From Cercozoa sp. M6MM (lineage: Eukaryota > Protista > Endomyxa: Ascetosporea): 64,000 nucleotides of DNA. The position numbers and the translations under genes are program-made. The stretch is from assembly GCA_040357565.1 (NCBI GenBank), contig JBDODJ010000055.1, one strand, 5' to 3'. Within the stretch, counting starts at the first letter, position 1; the number at the start of each line of letters is the position of its first letter. A model generated the notes under the pieces. That model saw only the letters and a list, made by a program, of their open reading frames with translations, was not told the origin of the DNA and searched no databases. Positions 50,545-64,000 of this stretch are shown one piece after another.

Positions 50545-52075
50545 TCACCTCGGCAGCAAGTCTCGCGCGTACTGTTCGTCATAGGGTTCGAGAAGTGCCT
50601 CGCGCTTCCATGCTTCGAGACTACGCTGAAACATCTCCTCGCGGTGTCGCTCTTGGGCGTACTCCCGTGTCGCTTCGACGGCTTTGTGGAATGAGCCTGT
50701 GACAGTCGACGCAGCGCGTTCAAGAAAGCTTTGGTGCTTTTCGTCTCCTGACATGCGACGTAAATTACGAAGACCTTTCTGCCTTGCCTCTGCAGCTCCG
50801 CCCTGGAACCAATAAACAGGGAGAAAACGTAGACAGAAGAGGGCGAAACGAAAACTCAAGGGCACCGTAACCGCCTCTAAGACGTCTCGTGGTATTGCTT
50901 CGCCGGTTTCGTTAACTTTTGGCAGCTGGTCGTACTCTTCACGTTGTCTTTCCTGCGGAGCAAAGCCCTTCCCCACCAGCAGAAACGATCCTTTTCTGTC
51001 CTTTGGAATCGCGTCTTTTCGGCCTGACGTTGCACTCGTGGTATCGCCCTTCTGCAACTCGCTGTGCTCAAACAGTTTCTCCTCGGGTTGGTAGAACTGC
51101 TCAAAATCATCCTTCCAGTTCTGGTTGTCGGGTTCTTCGCCTCTTAAGCTGGCATTCGAGAGAACAGGAGCGGAAGCGCGCAGCAATAGTCGGGCGTTTG
51201 AGTGTCGGCTCGCCATGTTTATTTCATCTTCATAAATGTGGAACTCTTGTTCTAGAAGCGGAGCAGAGATAAACACAGCTACTTTAGTATTGGTCTTAGA
51301 TACTGCCAATCTGAACTTACCTTCCAGAAATTCTTGTGTTTTGGCATCGGGTCCGCGGCCTGGGTATCGTGGGACGGCTATCGGAAGCGAATGGTGCCTT
51401 TGCATTCGGTGAACGCGTTCGTGTGCACGTCGCTCAAAGTGTTGCCGCAGCCGAAAGACATCATCGCTGCCGTACTCATTTCGCAGGCGCCACCGCATGA
51501 GTGAGCGAATGTGGGGAGCTTTGTGCTTCATCTGTCGAGTGGCGACGCGTGCGCCTTGCTTGTCAAGAAAGATCTCTTCTCCCAACACTCTGATGGATTG
51601 TCTATCTGATACTGTGTCTGCACTAGGTTTTCCTTCCGACGATTTGCCCTTCAGGAAGTTTCGTAGCTTGATTAAACTTAAACTGCTCGAGCTCTTTGAA
51701 CGGGCACTATCTGAAAAATCGGACGCGAAAGCCTGGAGGCAAAATCGATCAGACGGTCAAGAAGGTTACCTTTGCTGCAGCGTCGTGCACTCCTTCGCGG
51801 TTGCGACAACTCTTCTGCGAGTTTTAACTGCGCAGGAGCATCTGAGTCAGAAATGTCTACAGAATCACTGTCCGCCACTGAAGCCACTTCGACAACTGTG
51901 ACAACGGGTTCGGGCATGACAAACTCGTCCAGTCCACGGCAATGTATCTGGCTGTTAGGACCCGGAAAGCGCAAATAAATTTAGTTTCATTCCGGTCTCT
52001 TTGCTTCAGCCGAGTCAGTGAATCCGCGCGAAAAGATCGAGTTTGACCGAAATTTACTATAACTTTAGGGGGCAT
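50545..52075 (-). CDS. Hypothetical charged protein
   Basis: 347-codon ORF 50545-51588 plus an upstream exon near 51770-51950. No recognised domain; start uncertain. Confidence 0.55.
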
Positions 52076-52162
52076 ATACAACAGATTAACATAAAGTATT
52101 CGTTGGAAAAAAGGGTGACTCTGGATTGGATCTTATCATTTAGTTAAACGCAGGCGAGCACA

Positions 52163-54838
52163 TTAGTCGAGCTCCTCAACAGATGGGCCTTCCTGACCGC
52201 CTGCTGCTCCTCCCGATGGGCCTGCGCCGCCAGCTGCGGCACCCTGCGAAGCGTACGCCTTTTGCATGATCGGCTGCACCGTACGCTCAAGTTCCTTCTT
52301 CTTGTCTTCGTACTCCTGCCCAAACACAAAGCCGTTTAGTATGGTTCTTACTGGGAGAAGGGAGGGTCAATTAAATTTAAAACGGTTGTAAATTTACCTG
52401 TTTGGCAGTGTTGTCCTCATCATGATTATCGAGCCAGTCAAGAGTTTCCTGGCCGCGCTTGTTGAGTGTATCGACTTCGTCGGACGAGAGCTTGTCCTTC
52501 AGATCATCTGCCGCGCGCTTCACAGAGAAGGCGAAGCTTTCCCTGCGTCCGAGAATCAGATCCATGCATGAAGCGAGCAAGACACAATGAGGGAGGTTTA
52601 AGTTACAGCTGGTTTTTGGCCTCGATCTTGGCACGCATCTCCTTGTCGTCATCAGCAAAGCGCTCGGACTCCTTCACCATGCGGTCAATCTCCTCCTGCG
52701 ACAGGCGGCCCTTCTCATTCGTGATCCGGATCGAGTTTTGCTTCGAAGTCGCCTTGTCCACGGCCGAGACGTGCAAGATGCCATCTGCATCGAGGTCGAA
52801 CGTTACTTCAATCTGCGGCGTGCCGCGAGGCGCAGGCGGGATACCAGAGAGTTCGAACTTTCCTGCGACCGCAAGGCAAGACAAGTAAGTCACAAGTATA
52901 ATTTCCAGCATAAAACAGTGGGTAAGTTTATACTGTAGTAATTTACCAAGCAAGTGATTGTCTCGGGTGCGCGGACGCTCGCCTTCGTAGACTTGAATGA
53001 GAACGCCAGGTTGGTTGTCCTGGTACGTCGAGAAGATTTGGGACTTCTTGCATGGCACCGTCGAGTTGCGGTCGATCAAGTTCGTCATGACACCACCAGC
53101 GGTTTCAATTCCCAGCGACAAAGGCGAGACATCGAGCAAGAGGACGTCATGCACATCGTGTCCTTCCGTACTCTGCTTGCCGAGAATGGCAGCCTGCACG
53201 GCAGCACCTGCACAGCAGAAACATGCGTACTCGCGCGCAAGGGGCCAGTGGCCTAAACTGTACCGTATGCGACGGCCTCGTCCGGGTTGATGCTCTTTGA
53301 CGGCTCTCGACCGTTGAAGTAGTTCTTAATGAGTTGTTGGATTTTTGGAATTCGCGTGGAACCGCCAACAAGCACAACGTCATCAACATCGCTTTTGGAC
53401 ATGCGTGCGTCACGCAGAACCTTGTCAACGGGACTCATGCACCTACGCTCGCCCTCAATAACTTCAGAGAATACAGTATTGCATGGAAAATATCTAAATT
53501 AGTGTACTGTTGGAACAAGTCTCCGCACAGGTCTTCAAAGCGCGCACGACTAATGTTCGTGTAGAAGTCGATTCCCTCGGCGAGCGAGTCGATCTCAATT
53601 GCAGCCTGCGTCGATGCAGAGAGCGTTCGCTTTGCACGCTGTGGATCGCACACGAGCACACGGACACATATTATTGCATCACTAAAGTAAGAGGATTGGG
53701 GTACCTCGGCTGCAGTACGAAGACGTCGGAGTGCGCGAGCATTCTTTGAGATGTCAACATGGTTTTTGCGCTTGAACTCCTGTTCGAAAAACCAACAATA
53801 TAACTGCATGCATATCGAAGAGAGTGAAAAATGAGGTACTTTTGCAAGGTGATTGACGATTCGAGAGTCAAAGTCCGAGCCACCCAGGTGGGTGTCACCT
53901 GCAGTAGCCTTGACCTCAAAGACACCTTCGTCAATCGCGAGAAGTGACACGTCAAAGGTGCCACCACCGAGGTCGAACACGAGCACCTTTGTCTCGTGTT
54001 TGTCGGTGCCAGACTTTTTTTTGTCGAGACCATAGGCGATGGCTGCTGCGGTCGGCTCTACAATTAAATCTCAAGTGAATCAGGGTCGTGAACTAAACCT
54101 TATGTACCCAAAGTTGAGTTTACCATTGATGATGCGCAACACGTTGAGGCCGGCGATGGAACCAGCGTCCTTCGTAGCCTGTCGCTGTGAGTCGTTAAAG
54201 TATGCAGGCACAGTGACCACGGCCTCGGTCACGTTGTTTCCGAGGTACGACTCGGCAGTTTCCTTCATCTTGGTGAGGACCATGGCAGAAATCTCTTCCG
54301 CTGGGCAAACAGAAAAGCAAACATCCATTCCCACCACAGCAACACGAGGGCAAAAGTCGAGCGAAACTACCATGGAACGTCTTGTGCTCGCCCTTGTACT
54401 GAACGCGAACACCTGGTTTCTTGCCCGCTGAAGAACACAGAGATGTTTTAACAAAAATTTATCTCCAACTAAAAGAGAACAACATACGCATTTCAACCAC
54501 CTTGAACGGCCAAGTCTTCATGTCATCCTGCACGGCGGGATCATCGAATGTGCGCCCGATGAGGCGCTTCACGTCGAAGACCGTATTGTGCGGGTTCAGC
54601 GCGGCCTGGTTCTGCGCCGAGTTACCAACAAGTCTCTCTGTGTCAGTGAACGCCACAATGGAAGGCGTTGTGCGATTGCCTTGGTCGTTGGGAATGATTT
54701 CCACAGACCCTCCCTTAAAGACTCCAACGCACTGCGAAAAATGAACAAGCTTGAGTTCCGTTCAAGAGAAGTTGAAAGCAAAATTACCGAGTATGTCGTG
54801 CCCAGATCGATTCCGATCGCGTAGCTTTCAGTCGACAT
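52163..54838 (-). CDS. HSP70: Cytosolic-type HSP70
   Basis: [10 protein letters not shown]|[62 protein letters not shown]. No signal peptide; C-terminus PSVEELD*. Confidence 0.98.
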
Positions 54839-55014
54839 GGTGGCAGTTGAGATGAGCAGTTGCGAGTTTTTCCTGCATGAAATTTGCCAAATCCAGGAGC
54901 TCCCAAGGTTGGAAAAGTACTTATGCAATCATGCCAGAGTCTGTTTACACCTTCTAAGCTCCAAAGTAGTTGCAAAACCGAAAAACAAAGTTGTTGCGTG
55001 AGGTTAAGAAGAGG

Positions 55015-55080
55015 TCCGAATTTTCCCTCGCCGAATATTCGTTTCCGCGCGAAAAGAAAAAATATGAAATTTCGAAACTG
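55015..55080. promoter_or_regulatory. Heat-shock-element-like inverted nGAAn pairs upstream of HSP70
   Basis: cGAAttTTCc, cGAAtaTTCg and tGAAatTTCg clustered 180-240 bp upstream of the HSP70 ATG. Confidence 0.45.
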
Positions 55081-55315
55081 AACAGCATTCCAATCGAAAG
55101 ACTTTAGAAGTTTTGCCGTTTCCAGCTGAATCTAAATGGTCGTTTGGCACGAGACGGCAATTCTTAGCCCTCCTAGCACTCGTTGTCTTTGAACTGATAG
55201 CCGATAGCTACAAAGCGGTATTTAAAACCTTGCGCTCACCCAGCTGCTAATTGGGTTCGATCAACATGCTAGACGGCGGAGCTTCCCCGCATATCGATAT
55301 CTTGTTCGATGTCTC

Positions 55316-55414
55316 TCAGTAATCATCGTACACTGCCGACTCTATTCCTGTCCTGTGCGAAGCACTATCGCGCGAAAGCGCCAGGTCGGACTACATTTTT
55401 TATTCAGCGAGTTT

Positions 55415-55463
<49 letters not shown>

Positions 55464-55473
55464 NNNNNNNNNN

Positions 55474-55544
<71 letters not shown>

Positions 55545-57562
55545 CGACCACTCTCAAGGTACCTCAAACAATTTTTGCTGGGCTTGAAGCAAGTTTCTCT
55601 GACCGGAACTTCGAGACCGCGCGTCTTCAATGTGTTGGTGCAGCTCAAGATGCCACATTCCAAAGAACAGTTGATGGAGCCAGACCATCGCCGATATCGC
55701 CTACCAAGGGTTTAAATATAAGTACGGGAAATCTCCTGTCAGGCACAACAGTCAGCAGCATAAGTCTCCTACCAATGGTATCGAGGTAATGACACTTGGA
55801 ACGACGGTGCACGCAAAAACAACCTACTGGGAAGAAGATGAAAATCGTAGTATTTCCCCCAGTAAAAATTGAGCTTTACCGTCTGCGGGTTTAATAGCAC
55901 AGCCAAAGTTGCCGACCCTCCCAAAGTCATTGAGACAAACAACGTCCTAGAGCGTATTTAATATGTGGTAGTTCTATAAACATTTTAAAAAAGGTAACCG
56001 AAATGGAGCAACTCACAGAACGGCAATCTTGATGCGGCGAAAGCGCACACGAGTCTTTTCGTCACGACGCGTCAGTCGTTTTGTTCCCCAACTCTATGAG
56101 TAGTTTTACCCAAGTTGTTGACAGGTTCAACTCACCTAAGAGGGGATTGGCTGCGCCGGTACCACATCATCGAGGTGCGACAGAGCGAAATTCACGTTGA
56201 TGAGTGTCCAAGCCGGTGCCATCCTACCCCAGGGTTAATGCATACGTTTTTGTTCGCATGTTTTGCATAGTAGATCAGCTTACAGATATCGAATGGCAAG
56301 AGACTCAACAAAGAGTCGAAAGAACGAGTCATTTTGCAAAACCGCCGTCGACTTGACAAGGAGGGCTTTAATACACTCCGGCTCCAGAAATGTGTACTGC
56401 TTTAGTACACTCCACTGGCGACGTTGATAACCAGAAACGGAATATAAGCCCCTGCCAGGCCCCAGCTCAGGCGCAAAGCGGAAGTTGACCTGCTCTGACC
56501 CTCCTTGATCGGCAGCAATGCGATACTAAATAAAAAGCAGCCAACATGAATGTAATTGTGTAAGTTTAAGTATAGTATCTCGAGGTACACGAAGAAAATT
56601 ACTTACAATGCATAAAATGCGACAAGGAGATGCAGCACTGAGAACAACATCCAAAAACCAACGTGAAGACGCCGTATTATTGTCTTCTACCCAAGGAAAA
56701 GGTAAAGGAAACTGTCTGAGCAGCGATGATCAAGGTTTGTCTCAGACTGTACCTTGAGGTTTCCAGCCGCACAAAGAAACACATGAGCCAACCACATACT
56801 CTGCCACCAAAGTGAAGAATACAGTTATCAAACACAAGTGCGAATGAGTGTACAGCAAACAAGACGGCGAACGTCCCTGTTGTGATTCGTCGTGCAGTTG
56901 CCTTCTCCATCTGCTGGATGTGCAAGAATAAAAACATCAAAGTTGCAAAGTTGCCTGGTCAGTTGGTGTAAACTGAATGCACTTGAAGTTTACATAGTTG
57001 AGAGGCGACGCAACATTGCTGAGCGTGCTTCCTTGGGCGTCCTTTTTAGTCAGTATATGATAATTTAGACAAGATGGATTTAGGGCAGGATACCAAAAGG
57101 TGTCCCAGGATCGAGTCCGCAAGCAGCGGTGACACGACACCGAACAGTTGCGACAGCACCTGCCCAATAGCACATGCGGTTTCTTGAACTAACTGCTCAG
57201 CCATCACATGTAAGTTTCAGGCCTAATGGAAATCACCACAACGGAAGCCAACAGGGCCGCGAGGACGCTCAAGTTTGAGATCTGCACGTAGAAGTAAAAT
57301 TTATGTCAAGCTAAACATGTGCCAACGATTTTGGGACTGGTACTAAGATAGCTGTCGACATTTTGAGACGTCGTGCCAGCGGTTGCGATGATTCTAAAGA
57401 TCCCTCCTTTGCTTAGAATACAGCGAGGGACTGCTTTTAAGCGAGCTTACGAATCGACCACAGTTTAGGCAGGTGTTGAAACGACCACAACATCGCCATG
57501 AGAGCACCTAAATTCGCAGATAGAAAGGCGAAATCACACATACACACACACAGACGCACACA

Positions 57563-57616
<54 letters not shown>

Positions 57617-57626
57617 NNNNNNNNNN

Positions 57627-57678
<52 letters not shown>

Positions 57679-60600
57679 GTTGAAGATACCATTGGTCCAC
57701 CGTCGTCGCTGCCGGAGAAAGACAGCTAGATCCAGCGGCACATCAGTGAAAGCATGTGCGTGACACCTGTTGACATTGAAACAATAACATTACATCCGAG
57801 GCGAGCAAGAACGATGGCCTTACAAGAAGGCGCACGAAGCACTGCTTCTGGGATCGCTGACGGTCGCTTGGGGTAACATTCGATCCTCCGCTAACGAGAG
57901 TGTACGCCACCACAAGCTGTGCCTCTCGCTGAGCATCCTGCAGTCATCATTAGGCGAGTAATTTACATGCCTCAAATTCGGCCGAAAGTAAACTAGCATA
58001 CCGATGGTAGACCGATAGTGGGCGTGGGTCGATCTCCTCCAGCCGAGCATCGGTACTGGCCTGCGGCATTCGAGCTATTTGCTTCCACTTGTAAGCCGAG
58101 AATGCTCCCTGGATTGAGTTAAAACATCCTGCGAGTAAATAAGACTATGGCCAAAGCATACAGGGCAAACAAGCGTGAGGTCAAGCAGGTGCTCAATTCC
58201 CTTGTTAAGGAAGCCAGTTGCGTACTCCCACATTTGGTACCTACCCAGCTGCGCAAACAATGCAATGTAAAACTTACGTACTGTAAGCACCCACAAGATT
58301 CGGCAGACGAAGCAAAGCGAGAGTTGAATTTTTGTACAAGTGAGTGAGTCACTGACTCGTCCGGCATAATGAGAGCAGACACTGCACACATGCCACCTTC
58401 GCGCTCCGTGTCGCTGCTCTCGTCTCCGCTACGATTGTAGCCGAGAATCTTCCTCGTCGGTTCCTTCCGAAGTGCCTCCACAATGCGCACCAGCGCAGTC
58501 GACTCGCAGAACGTACCGACATCTGCATACAGACAATGCAACTTATAAATTTTATCTACGGCCGGAGCCTGGGTATTCGTAGCACGCACCAAAGTTGACG
58601 ACAATCTTGGGTCGAACCGTGTTCAACAAAACGTCGTAAAGCCACCTGCAAATTTTCTTAAACACGCAATTTGAGAGGATGAGAAAATACTCGAGAGGTA
58701 CAAGTGACTGTTCGTCTTGCCTCGATTATACCTCTTGACCACAACAAAACAGTTGAGAGGAGGGTGGACCACGTCGCCTGTGCCTCGAAGGCGAATCCTT
58801 CCAAGCTCTGAGCCAAAACACACTTAATTGAAGTTAGTGTTGGAGATTATGTCAAAGTTCTGTGGGACCGAAACCATCATGTTCCGAGATGCTTCTGGTG
58901 TCACTGCGACTCGTCCAAAGAATCATTATTCTAAACTTATGTTTAAATGCCGCTTTCAAAGAGTACCTTGAGAGAGTAGACTCCTCACTCATTGTGCTCT
59001 CGGAGTCACTGCCAGTGTACTCCTTGAGCTCGGTGTCGCTGCTGCTGACAGATTTCGACTCCTCATCACTGTCGTCATTCAGTCGCTGTTGGATTTTCTC
59101 CATTTTCTTGCCCAATTGCCTCGTTCGCGGGGGTCCTGATTCCTGACTTAAAATGACTGACCCAGTGACTGTACTGTTGCGTCTTTGTATATGTTTCTCC
59201 AACTCGCGTCGTACTATACGCTTTCCCTTCGGTACCTTCGGCATCCGAAAGTACAATAAACATGTCAAAATAAGTACAAGGAAAGCAAAAGGAATCTTAC
59301 CAACGAAACGAAGGTCGTAAGCTGTCCCAAAGAATCATGAACAGATATAAATTTAATGATAAATTTGCTGTGGTAGAGATATTATTTATGGGACAAGCAT
59401 TTTGGAACTGAAGGAAAGACCCCTTCCGAGCGCAAGCGCCGTCGAAAACGTATGCGACTTTCGAAGACATCGAGAACTTGTTTCTACAGTATTGTATTCG
59501 CGCTATTTTCTTGGCATATACGGTTAAAAGTAGAGTCTTCGGGTCATTTCATTTTACCTCGTCGTCAACATCCTCTGACTGTCGCAAAGCGGTCTCGTTC
59601 AACATACCTCTGTCAAAACAATCAGTGCAAACTCAAAAGACGCTGTATTGAAGCACGAGATTCATTGTTCTTACGCATGTTGAAGCATTTGCCGCGTAGA
59701 TTTGTGCATCGTGCCGCGTCCGTCAAAAATGAGAAATAAGGATGTGCGCCTCCACATGTCCCGGTCATCCCGTAGTGCACACAAAACACTCTACAACACT
59801 GTGAATTCACTCTTCAAACAGTGCTAACCCCTAGTACCATATTGCGCGCGACTGAACTCAGTGTCAATGATAGTTGCTCCCTGTAAAAATTAACTTATAA
59901 GTTCACGGTTCGAAAAGTTGATCAGCCTGACACAGCATTTTTAATTAATTTAGACTCTGTAGTCTGTACCAAGGTTCGTTGTACCTACAGTACCGAAGCA
60001 ATGTACAACAAACACATATTTAACAGCACGAAAAAGCAAGTAAATTTAAATATACGCGAGTACGCAGATCGAGAGTTCGTTGCCTTTGTATGGCACAATC
60101 TGAATTACAGCACTGTGATGGAGAAATTGTGTATGTACAAAGTGCTGGCAGTTTACCTTCCAGTCAAAGAGTTTAGGCTTTCGTAGAACAGCCTCGGTGG
60201 CGTCTTGCACGGAAGACGCTGATATTTTCTGCAGACACAACCTTGGCATAAAGTTGAAAATGCACAGTCGGGTACGACAGTAAATTGTGATACCGTAAAT
60301 CGCGGAACAGGGTTATCGCAAGTCCAGGTTCGATAATTTACCCCTGTGAAACAAAGACTGAAACAAAGAAAATGCGGTCTCTAACAGCACGCATACGATG
60401 AGTTGGCATCTGCTGCTTGGCTTGCACACCCGAGAGAGGGTGCATCCGCAACTCTACAACCCTCCCGTAGTCTTCGCTGAATGCGTCGATTTCACTGTCA
60501 GGAAAGGTGAGTTGCGCGGTAAGAAAGAGCAAGCGAAGAGTACCCAGAGGTATCTGTCATTTCGTCTTCGCTGAGAGGACGGTGAATTTCGACGTTATCG

Positions 60601-61536
60601 CTTGCGTTACTGGCACCACTCGATTCTTCTGCATCCCTGCTGTGCTTCAGTTTCAGCGTTGACAATGTGGTCGAATGTGACGCGGATGATAGTGTCTTCC
60701 TGCCCACGTGTATGTCAGACATGCTGTGAAAGCAACAACTTTTAATGGACAAAACAAAAAGCAACTTCTGTGAAATGACGTCGTTTAACGAGACTGAAGA
60801 GAGCGATAGAAGACTTGCACTGCTTGCAATGACCACTTTCGCATCTCGGTCGCTGGAATCCAAAGTCTCAGTCGTGATGTCATCGATATTGACGGCTTCG
60901 CCTCGCGCGTCGTCGTCAAAAACCGTTGTGTTGTCTTGTTGCACCAGAATCTGCACACTCTCTGAGCCAGTTGGTGCCGAGACTGCAGTCGGAGTCGCCG
61001 CGGGAGAACCTGGCTGCTCGAGAACATCCGAATTACTCGGAACGTCGAGATAAACTGAAACCTCGGTTTGTTCCAAATCCCCAGCGAGTTTGCGCGCTCG
61101 CGGCGAATCATTTCGCTGCTTTCGCTCATGTTTGTGTTTCGTGCTGCTTGCACGATTCGAAAAATTATGCGGCAGCGAAAAACGCACCGGGCCGACTCCG
61201 AAGTTGGTCAGCACATTTTTGGCAGTCAGTCGTGGATCCACTGAATTGCGACGGTTTGGAGGCACCAATCCCGGTCGCATTGACGTCTTGCACCGCAAAC
61301 CACCTAATATTCACCTTTTCTAGTCCCCGCCTAGCGGTCGCTGATTTTGGACAACTGCCAAGACATTTTGGTATTTTTCCACCCACGGTAGAACTGAAAA
61401 CAAATACACTTTGGGTTGGTTCACTACTGACCAAATTGAATGTCAATGCGTGCCAACAGACACTAGTGACTATTTTTGCACCTAACATCATGCCATAGGT
61501 GGTGACTTTGTTTTTATACGATGGTGTCATATTCAT
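55316..61536 (-). CDS. CHS: Chitin synthase (GT2) with long Ser-rich N-terminal region; 5' end uncertain
   Basis: VKRYNRGKTNSH, ADVGT, QMWEY, LNPGAFSAYKW, SLAEDRML, AFTDVPLDLAVFLRQRRRWTNG, TM exons, and HLDDV|SWGTK. Whether the exons at 59.3-61.5 kb belong to the same gene is inferred. Confidence 0.88.
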
Positions 61537-61672
61537 TTTTTTCGTTTATATACTATTGCATAAATCGAATGCACGACGCCACTGTGCGGTTTAGCCAAAA
61601 TGCCGCACAAGCGAGCGTGCCGATGGCGGTTCGAACATGGCCAGCGAGCGCGCCTCGCGTGCGTTCCGCAAC

Positions 61673-64000
61673 CTATACAATGGTCACGCGATGACGGGTA
61701 CAGTGGACACTCTGCATTTCATACTTGGCAAGCTGGGAGGGTGACGAAGCGCTCAGCACAAAGCGCCGGGCCCTTGTCTCTTGTCGTAACTCTGCGTCTA
61801 CATAGCTCAAGCCAAAACACATACACAAAAACATACCGAAGAATGACACAGACAAACAGACGGAAATACCGAGCTCGGTATCATCCAGAGGCGTAAAAAC
61901 AAAGGAAACGCGTAGGAAGGGCTGCATACTGTCGCCTTCCTCTGATTCGGTGTCGGCCATACTGTCGCACGACCGTGACTGTGACTGCTGTGAGAATGAC
62001 GAGGACCGTGAGTGTCCTGCGTGTGACTGCCACTCCACCGGGATGTCACATCTCACTGTAAACACAGACACATCGAATACAAGTCCCTTCTCCCAGGCAT
62101 GACAGCACACAAGTGTACAGCTCCAAGGTCGTGAGAAGTCTACAAGACACAAATAAACAGAGTAACAGAATCATATCTAAGTGAACGACAAGCGTACCTT
62201 GCTCGCCACCACGTCTGGCACGGCGTACCAACTCGTCCAAAAAACACGACTACACAGCGCATTCAGTGTATATGACACACTTAATGTCGTGTAAGCTTAC
62301 GGCAACACCGACAACACGGTCCCCAGTGTCGCTGGCTGTTTTGACTGCCAGCATGATTGGTCCTATTATACAGACGAACACTCCAATGTGCAAAGGTTAT
62401 ATCAACGATCGGTACTGTCCATGGAGACAGGCGAGAAACTGCAACGAGTGTCCACAGAAGCACTCAATGTCGTCGTGTCTCTGCATATCTAGGTAAATTT
62501 GCACCTCAAATCACGCCGAAATGTCTCTCACCCGAACAGACGACAGGCGTCGGAACTCGAGCGAAACACAACGACTCGCGAGGCACTCTCCATGTGTGCA
62601 CTGACCGACACCTGTGTGTTGCTCTGTCCATGTGCACAAGCAGTATGCATGGACTGCTCGCAGGCAACACAAAAGGAATATAACACACATGCAGTCCGTG
62701 TGCACGTCGCGTGCGACGCAACAGTCGACGCAGTCGGTGCGCATCATCCTGGTGAAGGTAGTCCTCACGCCGACGCACCTGTCCCAAGTGTACATAGCAG
62801 ATCCACAACATTGGACAACCTAGCCTACCAGGTGACGCGAGTCCAGACGAGCCGAGTCGATAGAGATCTCGGGGACTAGTGCAGGAACATTCTGCTCGGG
62901 AGCTGCTGTCGAAGGCGTCGCTGTACCACCGGCAGGACTACCAAAACGTCAGTAAGTTAAGGGTGTTACAAGAACACAAACCGACATACGCACTGTGGGA
63001 CATTGACGTCATTTTGGGTGATTGTGACATGTCACTGAAGTGCAGCGACTACGTGAACACAATGTAAGTTGCAAGACAGAGGGAAAATTAAAGGAGGGAG
63101 ATACCTGAACGTATATTCTCAACCTTCCGCACGCAGCATCATGTGGTCTTTCCTGATCAACGTCAAAACGCATGTCCACCATGCGTTGCAGCTACACAGA
63201 CAAGTCAGTGTACTCTATACAAAACACAAACAACTGATAATAGAAGGAGTTACCATGATCAGGTTGTGCAGACTTCGTTCGTGCACATCGCGCGCCAGTG
63301 CGAGCGAAGGTCGGCACGCCTGTCGATGTACATACAGACAGGCAAGATAAAACAAACAAAAAGAGCAACCAACAAGGCGCACCACGGATGCCAAGAAGTT
63401 GCGCACTTGCAAACCCTGCACACGCATTAGCGTAATGTTCCTCTACTCTCTGGTGAGGCAAGGAAACAACACTACCTGATTGACGAGACAGGACCACTGT
63501 GACAAAGCTCGCGTACTCTCCGACAGCTGCATTCGAATGCTGCTCCCACCAACACAGTTAAGGTAACGATACAGTGTGTGGTGAGGAGAGTACCTGACCT
63601 CGACCTCGCCTTGTGTCGACAGAGCGTACCACCTGCAGGTACTGTATCAAAAGACACCAAACAGCAAGGGAAGCAGGGCATTAACCGCGTGTCGTGAAAG
63701 GCCGAGAACCGCCGCGCGTGCGAAGGAAACCCGTTGATGACCATCTTGATGTCGTCGTCGGCACCGGTGATGGCGAGCCAGTCCACTCTGTAACAGGCAT
63801 ACTGACACTCACTGACATACAGAAAATACAACACACACACACACGCACACACACACACGCACACACACACACGCACACATACACACGCACACACACACGC
63901 ACACACACACACACATGCACACACAAACACACAGCACATGGCTACGGTACAGATCGATATCGACATGGCCCAGCACATCATCGCGAATGAAGCGATCGCG
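61673..64000 (-). CDS. Partial (3' part) multi-exon hypothetical gene with a C2-domain-like segment
   Basis: The window end reads RDRFIRDDVLGHVDIDL (C2-like), followed by many short GT-AG exons. Stop at 61673. Confidence 0.5.

Noticed and set aside
15076-63990. Many ORF-track entries with CVCVCV or HTHTHT runs, and long ORFs such as 1524-2804
   Set aside because: These are translations of intronic microsatellites or read-through of introns and antisense frames, not real proteins.
1-64000. Non-standard genetic code or non-canonical introns
   Set aside because: The conserved genes I spliced in detail (HSP70, RNR, Rab28, lplA, SDS) read in frame with GT-AG introns, and TAA, TAG and TGA all occur as terminal stops.

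Overview
A gene-dense, very intron-rich window from a eukaryote, probably a protist; I cannot identify the taxon from the sequence. The ORF track is largely uninformative because exons are short, so I spliced gene models by hand using GT-AG boundaries. All reconstructed genes read in the standard code. Recognisable genes: PRP4 (partial), a PH+FYVE protein, Rab28-like GTPase, OFCC1-like protein, PCGF-like RING+RAWUL protein, lipoate-protein ligase, serine dehydratase, LSG1, a class II (adenosylcobalamin-dependent, NrdJm-type) ribonucleotide reductase, SLY1, RFC3, cytosolic HSP70 and chitin synthase, plus several hypothetical genes. Best leads: (1) the B12-dependent RNR has about 30 introns and a spliced N-terminal extension resembling a mitochondrial presequence; (2) a ~345-nt intergenic structured RNA candidate with RNase MRP-like landmarks; (3) a dispersed ~60-bp motif in four copies; (4) an interrupted tRNA-like gene followed by tandem copies of its own 3' end; (5) unusual introns, with GTAC-dominated donors, exon copies inside introns and strand-biased G-rich repeats. 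No searches or folding computations were run; gene calls rest on motif recognition.
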